A stretch of 64,000 nt of DNA from an uncultured delta proteobacterium (GTDB taxonomy: Bacteria; Desulfobacterota; Desulfuromonadia; Desulfuromonadales; BM103): contig CAVQRZ010000009.1 in NCBI GenBank assembly GCA_963715335.1, positions 117,861 through 181,860 of the forward strand. The letters run 5' to 3'. A program made the translations under genes and the position numbers. Of this stretch, positions 49,372 through 62,540 are shown piece after piece; position 1 is the stretch's first letter, and each line of letters begins with the position of its first letter. A model generated the notes under the pieces. That model worked only from the letters and a program-made list of their open reading frames with translations. It had not been told where the DNA came from and searched no databases.

Positions 49372-50134
49372 TGAGCGGATGCCCCTGACCTCGCACCTCG
49401 AGGAACTGCGGCGCAAACTGATCATCGCCGGAGTCTCCTGGCTGGTGGCTTTTCTCGCCTGTTACGCCTTCGCCGGACCGCTGTTCGACCTGATTGCCGC
49501 ACCGGTTCGTGCCGCCTTGCCGAAAGGCACCTCGCTGGTTTTCATCACCGCAACAGAGCCCTTCTTTACCTATTTGAAAATCAGCGCCCTGGCCGGCCTG
49601 CTGGTATCAATGCCGGTGATCTTCTGGCAGATCTGGTCATTTGTCGCTCCCGGTCTGTATCAGCACGAAAAACACTACATCGTTCCCTTTGTGCTGGCCA
49701 GTTCCCTCTGTTTCGCAAGCGGCGCGTTTTTCGGCTATCAATTCGTTTTTCCCATGGCCTTCAAGGTCCTGATCGAGTTCGGGACCGGCAGCGGCGAACT
49801 CAGCGCCATGCTTTCCATGGGTTCTTATCTGTCTCTCTCCAGCAAATTACTGCTCGCCTTCGGCTTGGTTTTTGAGCTTCCGGTGGTCATCTTCTTTCTC
49901 GCCCGCATGGGGATCGTCGACCACAAAATGCTCGCCCGCAACCGCAAGTTCGCACTGCTCGCGGCCTTTGTGACCGGTGCGATACTGACCCCTCCGGACG
50001 TCTTCTCGCAAACGGCCCTGGCAATACCCTTTGTCATCCTCTATGAGATTGGCATTGTTGTCGCCCGACTGTTTGGCAAGCAGCGAGGAGCCGCCGAGGA
50101 CAAAAGTGCTGGCGACACCTCGCCTGCCGATTAG
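49364..50134 (+). CDS. tatC: Twin-arginine translocase TatC
   Basis: HLEELR, FVAPGLY, FELP and LTPPD motifs. Confidence 0.96.
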   Translation: MSDERMPLTSHLEELRRKLIIAGVSWLVAFLACYAFAGPLFDLIAAPVRAALPKGTSLVFITATEPFFTYLKISALAGLLVSMPVIFWQIWSFVAPGLYQHEKHYIVPFVLASSLCFASGAFFGYQFVFPMAFKVLIEFGTGSGELSAMLSMGSYLSLSSKLLLAFGLVFELPVVIFFLARMGIVDHKMLARNRKFALLAAFVTGAILTPPDVFSQTALAIPFVILYEIGIVVARLFGKQRGAAEDKSAGDTSPAD

Positions 50135-50255
50135 CAGCCGCCCTTAAGCGCCCTCCAGGCCGTGAAATCCCCGGGATTGCCGTACCGGCCAAACCTCACG
50201 TTGTTTCGCAACACGGAGAGGTTCTGCCTGTCACCGGTCCCGTCGCCAAGACAGG

Positions 50256-51104
50256 CTATTTGGCCGGGGGCTGCTTCAGTTCCGCGTCGATCGCCCTCCG
50301 GAAGCCCCCGAGACTGCTGTCCTTGAGTTGTGCACCGTTGATGTAAACAGACGGCGTACCCCGGACACCGGAAGCCGTGCCCAATTGCAAATCGGCGGCA
50401 ATCTCCTTTTGCAGTGCCGGGTCTGCGATATCCTTGTCGAATCGATTCATATCGAGGCCGACGCTTTCCGCCAGTTCACGGATCTTGCCACCGTCCAACG
50501 CGTTATAGTTGGCAAACAGCTGATCATGCAGCGGCCAGAACTTGCCCTGGTTGCGCGCCGCGATGCTGGCAATCGCAGCCTGCCTGGCAGACTTGTGCAT
50601 GTTCAGAGGAAAATGTTTGTAGACAATTCGAACCTGGGTCGGGTAGGCGGCCAGCACCTGATTCAGCGTCGGCACCAGGCGAGCACAGTAGGGGCACTCG
50701 AAATCATCGAAAACCGTAATGGTCACCGGCGCATTCTCCGGTCCCTTGGTTGCAGAATTATTCACCGGCAGGACATAAACCATCGAGATGTCGATAAACT
50801 GCAGCTCGTTGCTCTTGGCATTGCCAAGGTAGAGCCGTTGACCATCGGGTGATACTTCCAGAGAGGTCGTATCCTCGTCAGCCTGGAAACGCTCCAGGAG
50901 TTGGCCTTCGGCAGAAAGGATTTGTACCGTCCCGCCTTCGAGCAGGACAAACAGCCGACCATCGCTGACACTCTGGGCAATATCCAGTGGTGTCTTGCCC
51001 AAGGGTTGGCGTGCAGACAGTTCAATCCGCATTTCCGCGCAAACAGATACCGCGGCCAGGATTAAACCAAGGATCAGCAAGGGAACACGAACTCTTCTTG
51101 TCAT
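50256..51104 (-). CDS. DsbA-family thioredoxin with N-terminal beta-propeller-like segment
   Basis: Signal peptide; DFECPYC, KHFPL and GVRGTP motifs. Confidence 0.88.
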   Translation of the reverse strand: MTRRVRVPLLILGLILAAVSVCAEMRIELSARQPLGKTPLDIAQSVSDGRLFVLLEGGTVQILSAEGQLLERFQADEDTTSLEVSPDGQRLYLGNAKSNELQFIDISMVYVLPVNNSATKGPENAPVTITVFDDFECPYCARLVPTLNQVLAAYPTQVRIVYKHFPLNMHKSARQAAIASIAARNQGKFWPLHDQLFANYNALDGGKIRELAESVGLDMNRFDKDIADPALQKEIAADLQLGTASGVRGTPSVYINGAQLKDSSLGGFRRAIDAELKQPPAK

Positions 51105-51260
51105 TTCAGCTACCTCTCGCGTTAGGGTATGATCTATTGTCGAAATCGGTTTCATGCTTTTTTACCATCTCTATAATGTCCCGCAGCAAGATCTGATGTC
51201 AATCTCTACGCACGTCATCTCTTGACATTCACCCCGCACAGCGGCATAACTTGAAGCGCT

Positions 51261-52187
51261 ATGACAACTCCGGCCCTGGCTATACACAACCTGTCAAAAG
51301 AATATGACGGCACCCCCGCGGTAAACGATCTCTCTTTCAGCATCGCATCGGGTGAGATCTTCGGCCTGCTTGGTCCCAACGGTGCGGGCAAGAGCACGAC
51401 GATCAACATGATTGGCGGGGTGACCCACATTGGCACCGGCTCGATTGAAATCTTCGGCCATGACAACCGCAGGGATTATCGCATCGCCCGGCGCATGGTC
51501 GGGGTCATGCACCAGGAAATTGTGATTGACAATTTCTTCACCATTGACCAGGCGCTGCGCTTCCACGCCGGCTATTACGGTGTGCCCGATGATGCGGAAT
51601 GGCGGCAGAACCTGATCGATCGCCTCGGCCTTAAACCCCACCTGCACAAGGTCATGATCAAGCTGTCCGGGGGGCTCAAACGCCGCTTCATGATCGCAAA
51701 AGCCCTGATACATAAACCGAAACTGCTGATTCTCGATGAACCAACCGCGGGGGTCGATGTCGAACTGCGGCATACCCTCTGGGATTTCGTTCGCGAAATC
51801 AACCGGCAGGGGACCACCATCCTGTTGACCACGCATTACCTGGAAGAAGCCGAACAGATGTGCGACCGAATCGCCATTATGCACCATGGCAACCTGATCG
51901 CCCTGCAATCGACCGCCAGCCTGCTGCAAGAGCTTGGCACCCGCAGCATCCTGGTTCACCTTGAGAAACCGATCAAACAGATTCCCGCAAACCTCTGCTG
52001 TCAGAGCGCGGAGCTAGACGATCAAGGGACAACCCTGCAACTGACCTTGTCGGCCAATCAGCCGACCGGTGAACTGTTGAAAAACCTCTGCGATCTTGGT
52101 CTGCCTATTGTCGATCTCGAGACCCAGAGGGCCGGGCTCGAAGAGATCTTCTTACAGATCACTCAAACCGGCCGGTACACGCCATGA
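51261..52187 (+). CDS. ABC transporter ATP-binding protein (YadG-like)
   Basis: GPNGAGKST, LSGG and LDEPTAGVD motifs. Confidence 0.93.
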   Translation: MTTPALAIHNLSKEYDGTPAVNDLSFSIASGEIFGLLGPNGAGKSTTINMIGGVTHIGTGSIEIFGHDNRRDYRIARRMVGVMHQEIVIDNFFTIDQALRFHAGYYGVPDDAEWRQNLIDRLGLKPHLHKVMIKLSGGLKRRFMIAKALIHKPKLLILDEPTAGVDVELRHTLWDFVREINRQGTTILLTTHYLEEAEQMCDRIAIMHHGNLIALQSTASLLQELGTRSILVHLEKPIKQIPANLCCQSAELDDQGTTLQLTLSANQPTGELLKNLCDLGLPIVDLETQRAGLEEIFLQITQTGRYTP

Positions 52188-52972
52188 ATCAGCATCGCGA
52201 ACCAATATTCATCAGCTGGCTGCCTTTCTATACTCTGTTGCAGAAGGAAATCCGCCGTTTCTTAAGGGTTGCATCCCAGACCCTGGTGACGCCGGTGATT
52301 ACCGCATCTCTGTACCTCTTTATCTTCGGCGCAACCCTGGGGGAACGCATCAGCGTTCTGGAAGGTTTCAGCTACGCCCAATTCGTCATTCCGGGCCTGA
52401 TTCTGATGGGTGTCATCAACAATTCCTTTTCCAACGTCGCTTCTTCCTTATTCATGTCGCGCTATCTCGGCAACATCGTTGACCTGCTGGTTACACCGAT
52501 CACACCGGCCCAGTTTATCCTGGCCTATACCCTTGCCGCCATGCTTCGTGGCCTTGCCGTCGGCACGATCGTCTGGATAATTTCCTGCCTGTTTGCCACG
52601 CTCCCCTGGGCACACCCCCTGGCTGCGCTCAGCATGGCCTGCCTGGCCAGCGTCCTGTTTGCCCAGTTCGGCATCATTGCGGCGATTCACGCTGACAACT
52701 TTGATTCCCTGTCGATGTATACCAACTTCATCATCCTGCCGCTGATCTATCTCGGCGGGGTCTTTTACCCGATCTCCATCCTGCCTCCGCTCTGGGCGAA
52801 ACTGTCTCACTTGAACCCGCTTTTTTATCTGATCGACGGGTTCCGGCATGCCTTGCTCGGAGTCGGAGACCTGCCTCTTGCTGTTTCTTTCGGTGTTGTC
52901 ACGACGATGACACTCGTCCTTTTCTGCTGGGCGGCAACCCTGATCACACGCAGCTACCGGTTACGAAACTGA
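52184..52972 (+). CDS. ABC-2 permease (YadH-like)
   Basis: KEIRRF, FVIPGL, GGVFYP and NPLFY motifs. Confidence 0.92.
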   Translation: MNQHREPIFISWLPFYTLLQKEIRRFLRVASQTLVTPVITASLYLFIFGATLGERISVLEGFSYAQFVIPGLILMGVINNSFSNVASSLFMSRYLGNIVDLLVTPITPAQFILAYTLAAMLRGLAVGTIVWIISCLFATLPWAHPLAALSMACLASVLFAQFGIIAAIHADNFDSLSMYTNFIILPLIYLGGVFYPISILPPLWAKLSHLNPLFYLIDGFRHALLGVGDLPLAVSFGVVTTMTLVLFCWAATLITRSYRLRN

Positions 52973-53061
52973 GCCTCTTTCGGCAGTCGAACAAAAAAGC
53001 CCGCTCAATAAATTGAACGGGCCGGCGTGTAGATTGACAAGCTTTGGTTAGCGCGTGCGGG

Positions 53062-53760
53062 TCATTCCCGTACTGTGGAGACCGTTTCACCCGCTTTATC
53101 CGACTGCACCATGCTCTGGATCAGGACTTCGGCGCCGATGGTTGCCGCATGCCGCACCAAACTGTCGGCTCTCTCGCCATCGTGCTCCTTGAACGCCCGG
53201 ATCATGTTTCGATGTTCTTCCACGGAAATTTCCATGCGCCCCGGTTGGGACAATGACGCCAGGCGCAGACGCTTGAACCTCAGGACCAACTGGGTGATCA
53301 TATCGTAAAGCTTTTCATTGCCAGCAGCCTTGATGAACACTTCATGAAACTCGTTGTGCACACGGAAGAAGCTTTTGACATCGCCGTCCTTGGCAATTTG
53401 TGCCAGCCGCTGATTGATTGTTTCGAGACGTTCGATATCCTTATCGGTCAACTTTTCCGCTGCCATTTTTGCGGCAAACCCTTCAAGGATAATCTTGATC
53501 GCGTAAAACTCTTCGATATCCCGCTCTGACAACGAGGCAACCACCGCACCTTTACGCGGGACCACTAACAGGTACCCCTCGGACTCTAGTTGCCGAAAAG
53601 CCTCCCGGATCGGTGTGCGACTGATACCGAAGCGTTCTGCCAGCTCCGGTTCGGAAACCCGCTCACCCGGCCTCAGGGACCCTTTCAGGATGGCATCCCG
53701 GATCGTCTCCAGGATTCTTTCACGCAACGTCTGGTGTCTTTCAATCTGTTTTCTGCGCAC
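53062..53760 (-). CDS. GntR (FadR/FCD) transcriptional regulator
   Basis: SEPELAERFGISRTPIREA HTH and FCD domain; GTG start with GGAG RBS. Confidence 0.93.
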   Translation of the reverse strand: MRRKQIERHQTLRERILETIRDAILKGSLRPGERVSEPELAERFGISRTPIREAFRQLESEGYLLVVPRKGAVVASLSERDIEEFYAIKIILEGFAAKMAAEKLTDKDIERLETINQRLAQIAKDGDVKSFFRVHNEFHEVFIKAAGNEKLYDMITQLVLRFKRLRLASLSQPGRMEISVEEHRNMIRAFKEHDGERADSLVRHAATIGAEVLIQSMVQSDKAGETVSTVRE

Positions 53761-53790
53761 GGGAAACTCCGTTCTACTGGGATCTTGGGA

Positions 53791-53818
53791 ATTGTATACT
53801 GTATACATTGAATGTCAA
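53791..53818 (-). promoter_or_regulatory. gntR promoter TTGACA-N16-TACAAT overlapped by palindromic operator TGTATAC-N-GTATACA (53793-53807)
   Basis: Read directly. Confidence 0.75.
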
Positions 53819-53914
53819 GCCATTTCTCTTTGCAAAGCGAGGCTAACCCGCTTAACTGCTTGCCTTTTACTGCACCCGTGATTATCATCGTTGCAATTAA
53901 TATAAGGATGTTTC

Positions 53915-54922
53915 ATGGACCCTGTTCGCCATCTTCGGTTCTCGATTCTTGCCCTCGCCCTGATTATAGCCCTCGGCACCTTTGGCTATGCCATGATCGA
54001 GGACTGGCAAGCTTTTGATGCCCTGTATATGACCGTCATTACCCTGGCCACCGTTGGCTTCAAGGAAGTCCACGAACTCAGCCCCGAAGGCAAGATTTTT
54101 ACCATCTTTCTGATCATCAGCGGGACGGGCATTATCGCCTACACCCTCAGCAGCCTGATTCAATTCACGCTCGAAGGGCAGTTGCGCAAAATCCTTGGGA
54201 GGAAAAAATTGGAAAGCCGCATCAGTAAACTCAGGAATCATTACATCATCTGCGGTTATGGCCGTATCGGCCATCTGATCTGTCGCGAATTCCAATCGCG
54301 TCCGACACCCTTCGTGGTCGTGGAAAAGAATCCGCACCATATCGAGCGGCTGGAACGGGAGGGGCACATGTATGTTGAAGGCGATGCGACGGATGATGAA
54401 ACCTTGCAGGCTGCCGGGATCGAGCATGCCAAGGGCCTGATCACAGCGGTCACTTCCGATACGGACAACGTCTACATCACCCTCACGGCCCGTGGCCTCA
54501 ACCCCAAGCTTTTCATCCTTGCCCGCGCTGGGGAAGAGGGCGCAGAAAAGAAACTGATGCGGGCCGGGGCCAGCAAGGTGATTTCGCCTTACACGATCGG
54601 CGCCAGCCGCATGGCCCAGGCAATCCTGCGCCCTTCAGTCGTTGATTTCATTGAGCTGGCCACAGCCAGCGAACATCTCGAACTGCAGATCGAGGAAATC
54701 CGCATTGCCGCGGATTCGGTCCTTGCCGGGAAAACCCTGGTCAACTCCGGCATCCGCCAGAGCATGGGGATAATTATTGTTGGCATCAAGGCAACGGACG
54801 GCAAGATGACTTTCAACCCTCCGCCGGATAAAAATATCGAACCGAACGCGGTGCTGATTATTCTCGGTGAACGCCCGTCAATCAGCCAACTTGAAAAAAT
54901 CGCCGGAGGAAGCCAATCATGA
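53915..54922 (+). CDS. Potassium channel protein with TrkA-N/TrkA-C (RCK) domains
   Basis: TLATVGF pore loop and ICGYGRIG motif. Confidence 0.93.
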   Translation: MDPVRHLRFSILALALIIALGTFGYAMIEDWQAFDALYMTVITLATVGFKEVHELSPEGKIFTIFLIISGTGIIAYTLSSLIQFTLEGQLRKILGRKKLESRISKLRNHYIICGYGRIGHLICREFQSRPTPFVVVEKNPHHIERLEREGHMYVEGDATDDETLQAAGIEHAKGLITAVTSDTDNVYITLTARGLNPKLFILARAGEEGAEKKLMRAGASKVISPYTIGASRMAQAILRPSVVDFIELATASEHLELQIEEIRIAADSVLAGKTLVNSGIRQSMGIIIVGIKATDGKMTFNPPPDKNIEPNAVLIILGERPSISQLEKIAGGSQS

Positions 54923-55692
54923 TGGCTCCAGGCCTTGGAGCACATATTCCCTGGGCACAGATCGACACGTGCCTCGCAGCAATCCTCGACCTCGGCCTGG
55001 CGCCGGAAATCGCCATCAAGGGCCCGGAGTTGGACGTCATCGACGAACGCCTGGTCCTGAACACGACAAAAGCCCTGCAGGACGCCGGCCTCCGACCCAG
55101 AATTCACGCACCCTTTTTTGATCTCAACCCCGGAGCCCTGGACCCGCTGATCCGGCAGGCAACCCGCCGGCGGCTGGAACAGACCCTCCAGGTTGCCGGT
55201 CAGCTGCAAGCCGACCTGATGATTGTTCACCCGGGTGTGGACAAATGGCGTTATCCGAGGCTCGAGCACACCTGGTTGGGCCTGGCGCGGGAATTCTTTC
55301 CTTCTCTTGTGGAACAGGCGGAGCAGATTGATTGTCGTCTGGCAATCGAAAACATTTATGAGGAATCACCGGACATCCTGGTCCAGCTGGTAGACGGTAT
55401 AGCTTCGAACTTTTTCGGACACTGTTTCGATGCCGGGCACTGGCACCTGTTTGGCAGGAGACCCATGGACGAGTGGCTCAAGTCGGTCAGCTCCAAACTC
55501 TTTCATCTGCACCTGCATGACAATCATGGCCGGGCCGATGAGCACCTGCCGGTCGGCGATGGAACGATCGATTTCAGCCCTCTGCAGAAGCATCTCAGGC
55601 AGATGCCTGTCTCGCCGAGCGTGACCCTCGAAGCGCACAGCCTGGAGCATTTACTGCGCTCTCTGCAACAGGTCAGGACCCTGTTCGCATGA
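54919..55692 (+). CDS. Sugar-phosphate isomerase/epimerase (xylose isomerase-like TIM barrel)
   Basis: HAPF, IEN, CFDAGH, HLHDN and DEHL motifs. Confidence 0.88.
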   Translation: MMAPGLGAHIPWAQIDTCLAAILDLGLAPEIAIKGPELDVIDERLVLNTTKALQDAGLRPRIHAPFFDLNPGALDPLIRQATRRRLEQTLQVAGQLQADLMIVHPGVDKWRYPRLEHTWLGLAREFFPSLVEQAEQIDCRLAIENIYEESPDILVQLVDGIASNFFGHCFDAGHWHLFGRRPMDEWLKSVSSKLFHLHLHDNHGRADEHLPVGDGTIDFSPLQKHLRQMPVSPSVTLEAHSLEHLLRSLQQVRTLFA

Positions 55693-55735
55693 GCTTCGTC
55701 AGGCCCTCAGCACTCGATCGCGACTTTTGCAACGC

Positions 55736-56491
55736 ATGTCAAAGCGCCGGATCAATCGTTTAAAGCTGCTTTTCTGCAGCCTCTGGCTCGGCCTGTTTCT
55801 CCTGGCCATGACGCTCTGGTGGGGTTCCGGCGTCGCCTTGACCGAGATCCCGATCCTGCTCGGACAATGGCTGGAGAATGTTGGCTTGTTCCAAGCGGCC
55901 CTGGTCTACATTGTCTTCTATGCCGTGCGCCCGCTGGTCCTGTTTCCCGCCACCTTGTTAACCGTCGCATCGGGATTGATTTTTGGCCCCTGGCTCGGCA
56001 CACTCTTCACGATCATCGGCGAAAACGCCAGCGCCAATTTCGGGTTCATCCTGTCGCGCTGGTTGGGCCGAAAAACGGTGGAAAGCCGCCTGTCCGAACC
56101 ATTAAGCCACTGGGATGAACGTTTGCAGGACAATGGCCTTGTCGCTGTCTTGTCCATGCGTCTGATCATGCTGCCCTTCGATGCGGTCAACTTTGCTTGC
56201 GGCCTGACCGCCGTCCGACATCGCGACTATGCGGTCGGCACCTTTGTCGGCATTCTTCCGTCACTGATCGGTTTTGTGCTGCTCGGCGGGGTTGTCGCTC
56301 CCGGCGTGCAAAACCGGTCCCTGGTCGTGACCCTGTCAATCCTGTTTATGCTGTTCGGTTTCGGCATAGCGAACATCCTCAAGCGCAAGGACATGGCCAG
56401 ACTGGCGATTGAAAAAGCGTCCGGGCAGACTTGCGCCACAAAGCCTCCTGAAGACGCCGACAAACCGCAGGATTCGACTGGACTGGTATAA
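55736..56491 (+). CDS. TVP38/TMEM64 (DedA superfamily) membrane protein
   Basis: LFPATLLTVASGLIFG and RLIMLPFDAVNF motifs. Confidence 0.88.
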   Translation: MSKRRINRLKLLFCSLWLGLFLLAMTLWWGSGVALTEIPILLGQWLENVGLFQAALVYIVFYAVRPLVLFPATLLTVASGLIFGPWLGTLFTIIGENASANFGFILSRWLGRKTVESRLSEPLSHWDERLQDNGLVAVLSMRLIMLPFDAVNFACGLTAVRHRDYAVGTFVGILPSLIGFVLLGGVVAPGVQNRSLVVTLSILFMLFGFGIANILKRKDMARLAIEKASGQTCATKPPEDADKPQDSTGLV

Positions 56492-56536
56492 TTCGCTGGT
56501 GGACTGGCAAGAACCGTCAAAAAAAGGCTCTCAAAC

Positions 56537-57160
56537 ATGCAGGAGATAATAACCTACGTCGCTCTCTCGATGGGTGTTGCCTGGGCAAGCGGCCTTAATC
56601 TCTACGCCGCGATACTGGTTCTGGGGCTACTCGGTGCGACAGGGAACATGTCTCTCCCTGAAACCCTGCAGGTCCTGCAGAACCCCCTGGTGCTCGGTGC
56701 GGCCGCGCTGATGTATTGCGTTGAGTTCTTTGCTGACAAGTTTCCGGGAGTGGACAATGCCTGGGACGCCCTGCACACATTTATTCGGATTCCGGCCGGG
56801 GCGATACTGGCCGCCTCGGCGGTTGCCGAAGTTGAGCCTTCCCTCGCCCTTGCCGCCGCACTGGTCGGCGGGACTCTCTCCGCCGGAGCACACCTGACCA
56901 AGGCCGGTACGCGGCTCCTCGTAAGCAGCTCGCCGGAGCCTTTCAGCAATATCGGTGCGTCTCTGGCTGAAGACACCATGGTTGTTGCCGGATTGTGGAC
57001 AGCGGTCTATTTCCCCCTGCTGTTCCTGGTCTTTCTGGCAGGGTTCCTGGTCCTGATGATCTGGTGGCTACCGGTCCTCTGGCGGGGACTTAAAGGCATG
57101 TACGAGACGCTGCGGAGCTTCTTCGCACCGACAAAGACGAAATCTCTGCCTGAGCCATGA
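56537..57160 (+). CDS. DUF4126 membrane protein
   Basis: SGLNLY, EFFADKFPGVDNAWD and SPEPFSN motifs. Confidence 0.85.
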   Translation: MQEIITYVALSMGVAWASGLNLYAAILVLGLLGATGNMSLPETLQVLQNPLVLGAAALMYCVEFFADKFPGVDNAWDALHTFIRIPAGAILAASAVAEVEPSLALAAALVGGTLSAGAHLTKAGTRLLVSSSPEPFSNIGASLAEDTMVVAGLWTAVYFPLLFLVFLAGFLVLMIWWLPVLWRGLKGMYETLRSFFAPTKTKSLPEP

Positions 57161-57166
57161 CCGGTC

Positions 57167-57982
57167 TCACCCCAGGGCCACATCCAGCAACATCATTAGC
57201 GAGAAACCGACCATTGTTGACATGGTTACCATGTCGATATTCGCTGTGACCCGTTGTGATTCCGGAATCAGTTCTTCGACAACCACAAAGATCATCGCTC
57301 CGGCGGCAAAACAGAGGGCATAAGGTAAAACCGATTGCATACTCAGAACAAAATACGCCCCGCAGACACCCGCAATGGGTTCCACAATCCCGGAGGCCTG
57401 CCCCATTAGAAAGCTTTTCCTCCGACTCATTCCTTCCCGGCGCAACGGCATTGAAACGGCCGTCCCTTCTGGAAAATTTTGGATGCCGATGCCGATTGCC
57501 AGAGCTATGGCGCCGCCAATCGTGGCAGACGGCAGTCCGGCAGCGACGGCGCCGAAAGCGACGCCAACGGCCAGCCCTTCAGGAATATTGTGCATCGTTA
57601 TGGCCAGCACCAGCAAGGTGCTGCGTTGCCATGACGTTTTAACGCCCTCGCTCTGATTCATCTTCAGTCCCGGATGCAGATGCGGTAAAAACTTATCGGT
57701 CATGCGCATAAAAATACCGCCGCCCATGAAACCGATTACCGCTGTGAGCCAGGGGATCTGGCCCATCTGTTCAGCCATTTCAATGCCGGGATTGAGCAGC
57801 GACCAGAAACTTGCCGCAATCATGACTCCGGCAGCAAAGCCAAGCATGCCATCCAGCATTTTCGGATTGACGGTTTTTTTCAGGAAGACCAGTGCGGCGC
57901 CGGCCGCCGTCACGCCCCAGGTAAAGAGTGTGGCCAGAAATGCCTGCGTAACCGGGCCTAATTCCAGAAACGATTCGTACAT
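57167..57982 (-). CDS. ZIP family metal transporter (GufA-like)
   Basis: GFAAGVM, HNIPEG and QNFPEG motifs. Confidence 0.93.
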   Translation of the reverse strand: MYESFLELGPVTQAFLATLFTWGVTAAGAALVFLKKTVNPKMLDGMLGFAAGVMIAASFWSLLNPGIEMAEQMGQIPWLTAVIGFMGGGIFMRMTDKFLPHLHPGLKMNQSEGVKTSWQRSTLLVLAITMHNIPEGLAVGVAFGAVAAGLPSATIGGAIALAIGIGIQNFPEGTAVSMPLRREGMSRRKSFLMGQASGIVEPIAGVCGAYFVLSMQSVLPYALCFAAGAMIFVVVEELIPESQRVTANIDMVTMSTMVGFSLMMLLDVALG

Positions 57983-58138
57983 GGGTTTCCCTTCGCATTG
58001 ATTGCGGATATTATAGACTCCCTGCGGTTATTAGCAAACGGATGATTTAGCGTATCAGGGCCTTTTTACAATTAGATCCGCGGGCATTTGATCTTCAACT
58101 CATGGCAAGCATGGTCGTTTTCGGTCCTCACGATCAAT

Positions 58139-58169
58139 AAAAAAGGGCGGCTCACACGAGCCGCCCTTT
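58139..58169 (-). terminator. atp operon terminator
   Basis: aaagggcggctc-acac-gagccgcccttt with A-run. Confidence 0.85.
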
Positions 58170-58192
58170 GCACTTTGTCCTGATACAACCGA

Positions 58193-58606
58193 TCAGTGAA
58201 CCTTCTTGCCCGCCACCTGGATACGAATCAGGGCACGTTGAAGAGCGGCTTCCATGATCTTAAAGTTCCTGTCCTCGCTGGAGAGTTTCTTAAGCGCCTC
58301 TTCAGCACGACCAAGGGCCGCCCTGGCACGTTCCACATCGATCTGATCAGCGGGCTCAGCTGTTTCAACCAGAACGGTCATGACATTATCTTCAACTTCC
58401 ACATATCCCCAGTTTACGGCCACGTGAAAGATCCGTCCAGCCTGCTTGTAGGTCAATTCACCAACCTTCAGAGTGGTCAGCAACGAGGTATGGTCTGGCA
58501 ACACGCCAAACTCGCCAACAGTGCCAGGGGCGGTGACTTCGTCAACGTCCTCCGACAAGACCCGCTTGTAAGGTGTGACCAGTTCCAGTTTGAGCTTTTC
58601 TGCCAT
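58193..58606 (-). CDS. atpC: ATP synthase epsilon
   Basis: LELVTP and GEFGVLPDH motifs. Confidence 0.96.
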   Translation of the reverse strand: MAEKLKLELVTPYKRVLSEDVDEVTAPGTVGEFGVLPDHTSLLTTLKVGELTYKQAGRIFHVAVNWGYVEVEDNVMTVLVETAEPADQIDVERARAALGRAEEALKKLSSEDRNFKIMEAALQRALIRIQVAGKKVH

Positions 58607-58639
58607 GCCTATTTATTCCTTTATGCCGGAATCGTCTGA

Positions 58640-60115
<1,476 letters not shown>

Positions 60116-60991
60116 TTAAGCTTTAATTGACTCAGCGCCGGAGATAATCTCCAACAATTCTTTGGTGATGGCTGCCTGACGTGCACGATTGTACTGCAGG
60201 GTCAGTTTACCAATCATTTCTGAAGCATTCTTGCTGGCACTATCCATAGCCGTCATTCTGGCACCGTGCTCCGAAGCAGCGGATTCGAGCATTGAACGGA
60301 AAATCTGCACTTCAATGTGCTTTGGCAGAATCTCATTCAAAACCTCAGTGGCATTCGGCTCATAGATGTAATCGGTCACTTGCGCGCCTTCATCCGCCTG
60401 CTTTGGCACGACCGGTAACAGCTGGGTGACCGTCTGAATCTGGGTCATGGCACTCTGGAAGGCGTTGTAAATCAGAAAAACCCCATCGTAGTCCCCGGTG
60501 CGATAAAGATCGATGACTTCCTGGCCAAGCAAAGCGCCGGTGGCATACGTCACCTGGCCTGTACCGATCAGGTTCTCATGAACCTTATGGATCTTCATTC
60601 CGGAGCGGCGCTTGAGGTAATCGTTGCCCTTGCGGCCGACAATGAATAGCTCGTAGCTCTCAAAGCCTTCGGTGTTGCCACGGATAAAGCGTTCGGCGGC
60701 CTTCGAGATATTGGTATTGAAGCCGCCACAGAGCCCTCGATCGCCAGTGATCAACACGACCAGAGCCTTGCCCTTGCCGCGTTCAGCCAGCAGCGGGTGG
60801 CTCTCGGCGTCTTCACGCAAAGCCAGGCTGGAAAGGACGTCCGCCATCTTGTTTGCGTATGGGCGGGCGGCTGTCACTGCGTCCTGAGCACGCCGTAGTT
60901 TGGCCGCCGAAACCATTTTCATGGCTTTGGTGATCTGCTGCGTGTTCTTGACCGTGCCGATTCGTTTTTTTATGTCTTTAAGACTTGCCAT
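60116..60991 (-). CDS. atpG: ATP synthase gamma
   Basis: [14 protein letters not shown] and RQAAITKE motifs. Confidence 0.98.
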   Translation of the reverse strand: MASLKDIKKRIGTVKNTQQITKAMKMVSAAKLRRAQDAVTAARPYANKMADVLSSLALREDAESHPLLAERGKGKALVVLITGDRGLCGGFNTNISKAAERFIRGNTEGFESYELFIVGRKGNDYLKRRSGMKIHKVHENLIGTGQVTYATGALLGQEVIDLYRTGDYDGVFLIYNAFQSAMTQIQTVTQLLPVVPKQADEGAQVTDYIYEPNATEVLNEILPKHIEVQIFRSMLESAASEHGARMTAMDSASKNASEMIGKLTLQYNRARQAAITKELLEIISGAESIKA

Positions 60992-61018
60992 CTCTTAAAT
61001 TACCCGATCGTTGCGCGA

Positions 61019-62527
61019 TTAAGCGACAAACTGGTTCTTGAATTCATCGAGAGCTGCCTTGATCTTGCCTTCCAGTTCGGCGTCGATGGCTTTCTTTTCA
61101 GCAAGCGTAGACAGCAGGCCGGCGTGGCTGCTTTCCATAAAGGTAATCATCTCGCGCTCGTAGCGCTGGATATCGGTTGTCGGATACTGATCTACATAGC
61201 CGTTGTTAACAGCGAAAATCGCGATAACCTGCTTTTCGACCGGCAGAGGCACATACTGGCCTTGCTTGAGGATCTCAACCAGGCGAGCACCACGATTCAG
61301 CTGGCCCTGTGTGGCAGCATCAAGGTCGGAGCCGAACTGCGCAAAGGCCGCCATCTCACGATAGGAGGCAAGGGCGAGGCGCAGAGTGCCTGCAACCTGC
61401 TTCATGGCCTTGATCTGGGCAGAACCGCCAACACGGGAAACCGAGAGACCGACGTTGATTGCCGGACGCACACCGGAGAAGAACAGATCGGTTTCCAGGA
61501 AAATCTGACCGTCCGTAATCGAGATAACGTTGGTCGGGATATACGCCGAGACGTCGCCAGCCTGTGTCTCAATGATCGGCAAAGCGGTCAGAGAGCCAGC
61601 GCCTTCTGCATCGTTGAGCTTGCAAGCGCGCTCGAGCAGACGACTGTGGAGATAGAAAACGTCACCGGGGTATGCTTCACGGCCCGGCGGACGGCGCAAC
61701 AGCAGCGAAAGCTGACGGTAAGCAACCGCCTGCTTGGAAAGGTCATCGTAGATGATCAGGGCATGTCTGCCGCTATCGCGGAAAAATTCGCCCATCGTAA
61801 CGCCAGTGTAAGGGGAGATGAACTGCATTGGCGCAGGCTCTGAGGCAGACGCAGAGACAACAATCGTGTAGTCCATGGCGCCAGTCTTGTTGAGCCTGTC
61901 AACCACCTGGGCCACCGTCGAGCGTTTCTGGCCGATGGCGACATAGATGCAGATCATGTTCTGACCTTTTTGGTTGATGATGGCATCGACCGCAACGGCT
62001 GTCTTGCCGGTCTGACGGTCACCGATGATCAACTCGCGCTGGCCTCGGCCAATCGGAACCATGGAATCGATCGCCTTGAGACCGGTCTGCATTGGCTCAT
62101 GTACCGACTTGCGTGCAACAATGCCCGGCGCCTTGATTTCAACCTTGCTGTAAGTATCGGTTTCAATCGGACCCTTGCCATCGATTGGAATGCCGATACC
62201 GTTGACGACCCGGCCGATCAGCGCTTCGCCTACCGGAACCTGAACGATCCGTTCGGTTCGCTTGACCGTGTCGCCTTCCTTGATGTGCTCGGCATCACCA
62301 AGGATCGCGGCGCCAACATTGTCCTCCTCGAGATTGAGGACCATTCCCATGGTATTGCCTGGAAACTCCAGCAACTCACCGGCCATCGCCTTGTCCAGGC
62401 CATGGATGCGGGCGATACCGTCACTGGCGGAAATGATGGTTCCTGTTTCACTGACCTCGACTTCACGGCCGAAGCTCTCAATCTGCTTCTTGATTATTGC
62501 ACTGATTTCTTCTGCTCTGATTTGCAT
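61019..62527 (-). CDS. atpA: ATP synthase alpha
   Basis: GDRQTGKT and [12 protein letters not shown] motifs. Confidence 0.99.
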   Translation of the reverse strand: MQIRAEEISAIIKKQIESFGREVEVSETGTIISASDGIARIHGLDKAMAGELLEFPGNTMGMVLNLEEDNVGAAILGDAEHIKEGDTVKRTERIVQVPVGEALIGRVVNGIGIPIDGKGPIETDTYSKVEIKAPGIVARKSVHEPMQTGLKAIDSMVPIGRGQRELIIGDRQTGKTAVAVDAIINQKGQNMICIYVAIGQKRSTVAQVVDRLNKTGAMDYTIVVSASASEPAPMQFISPYTGVTMGEFFRDSGRHALIIYDDLSKQAVAYRQLSLLLRRPPGREAYPGDVFYLHSRLLERACKLNDAEGAGSLTALPIIETQAGDVSAYIPTNVISITDGQIFLETDLFFSGVRPAINVGLSVSRVGGSAQIKAMKQVAGTLRLALASYREMAAFAQFGSDLDAATQGQLNRGARLVEILKQGQYVPLPVEKQVIAIFAVNNGYVDQYPTTDIQRYEREMITFMESSHAGLLSTLAEKKAIDAELEGKIKAALDEFKNQFVA

Positions 62528-62540
62528 TGTGACGACCTCA

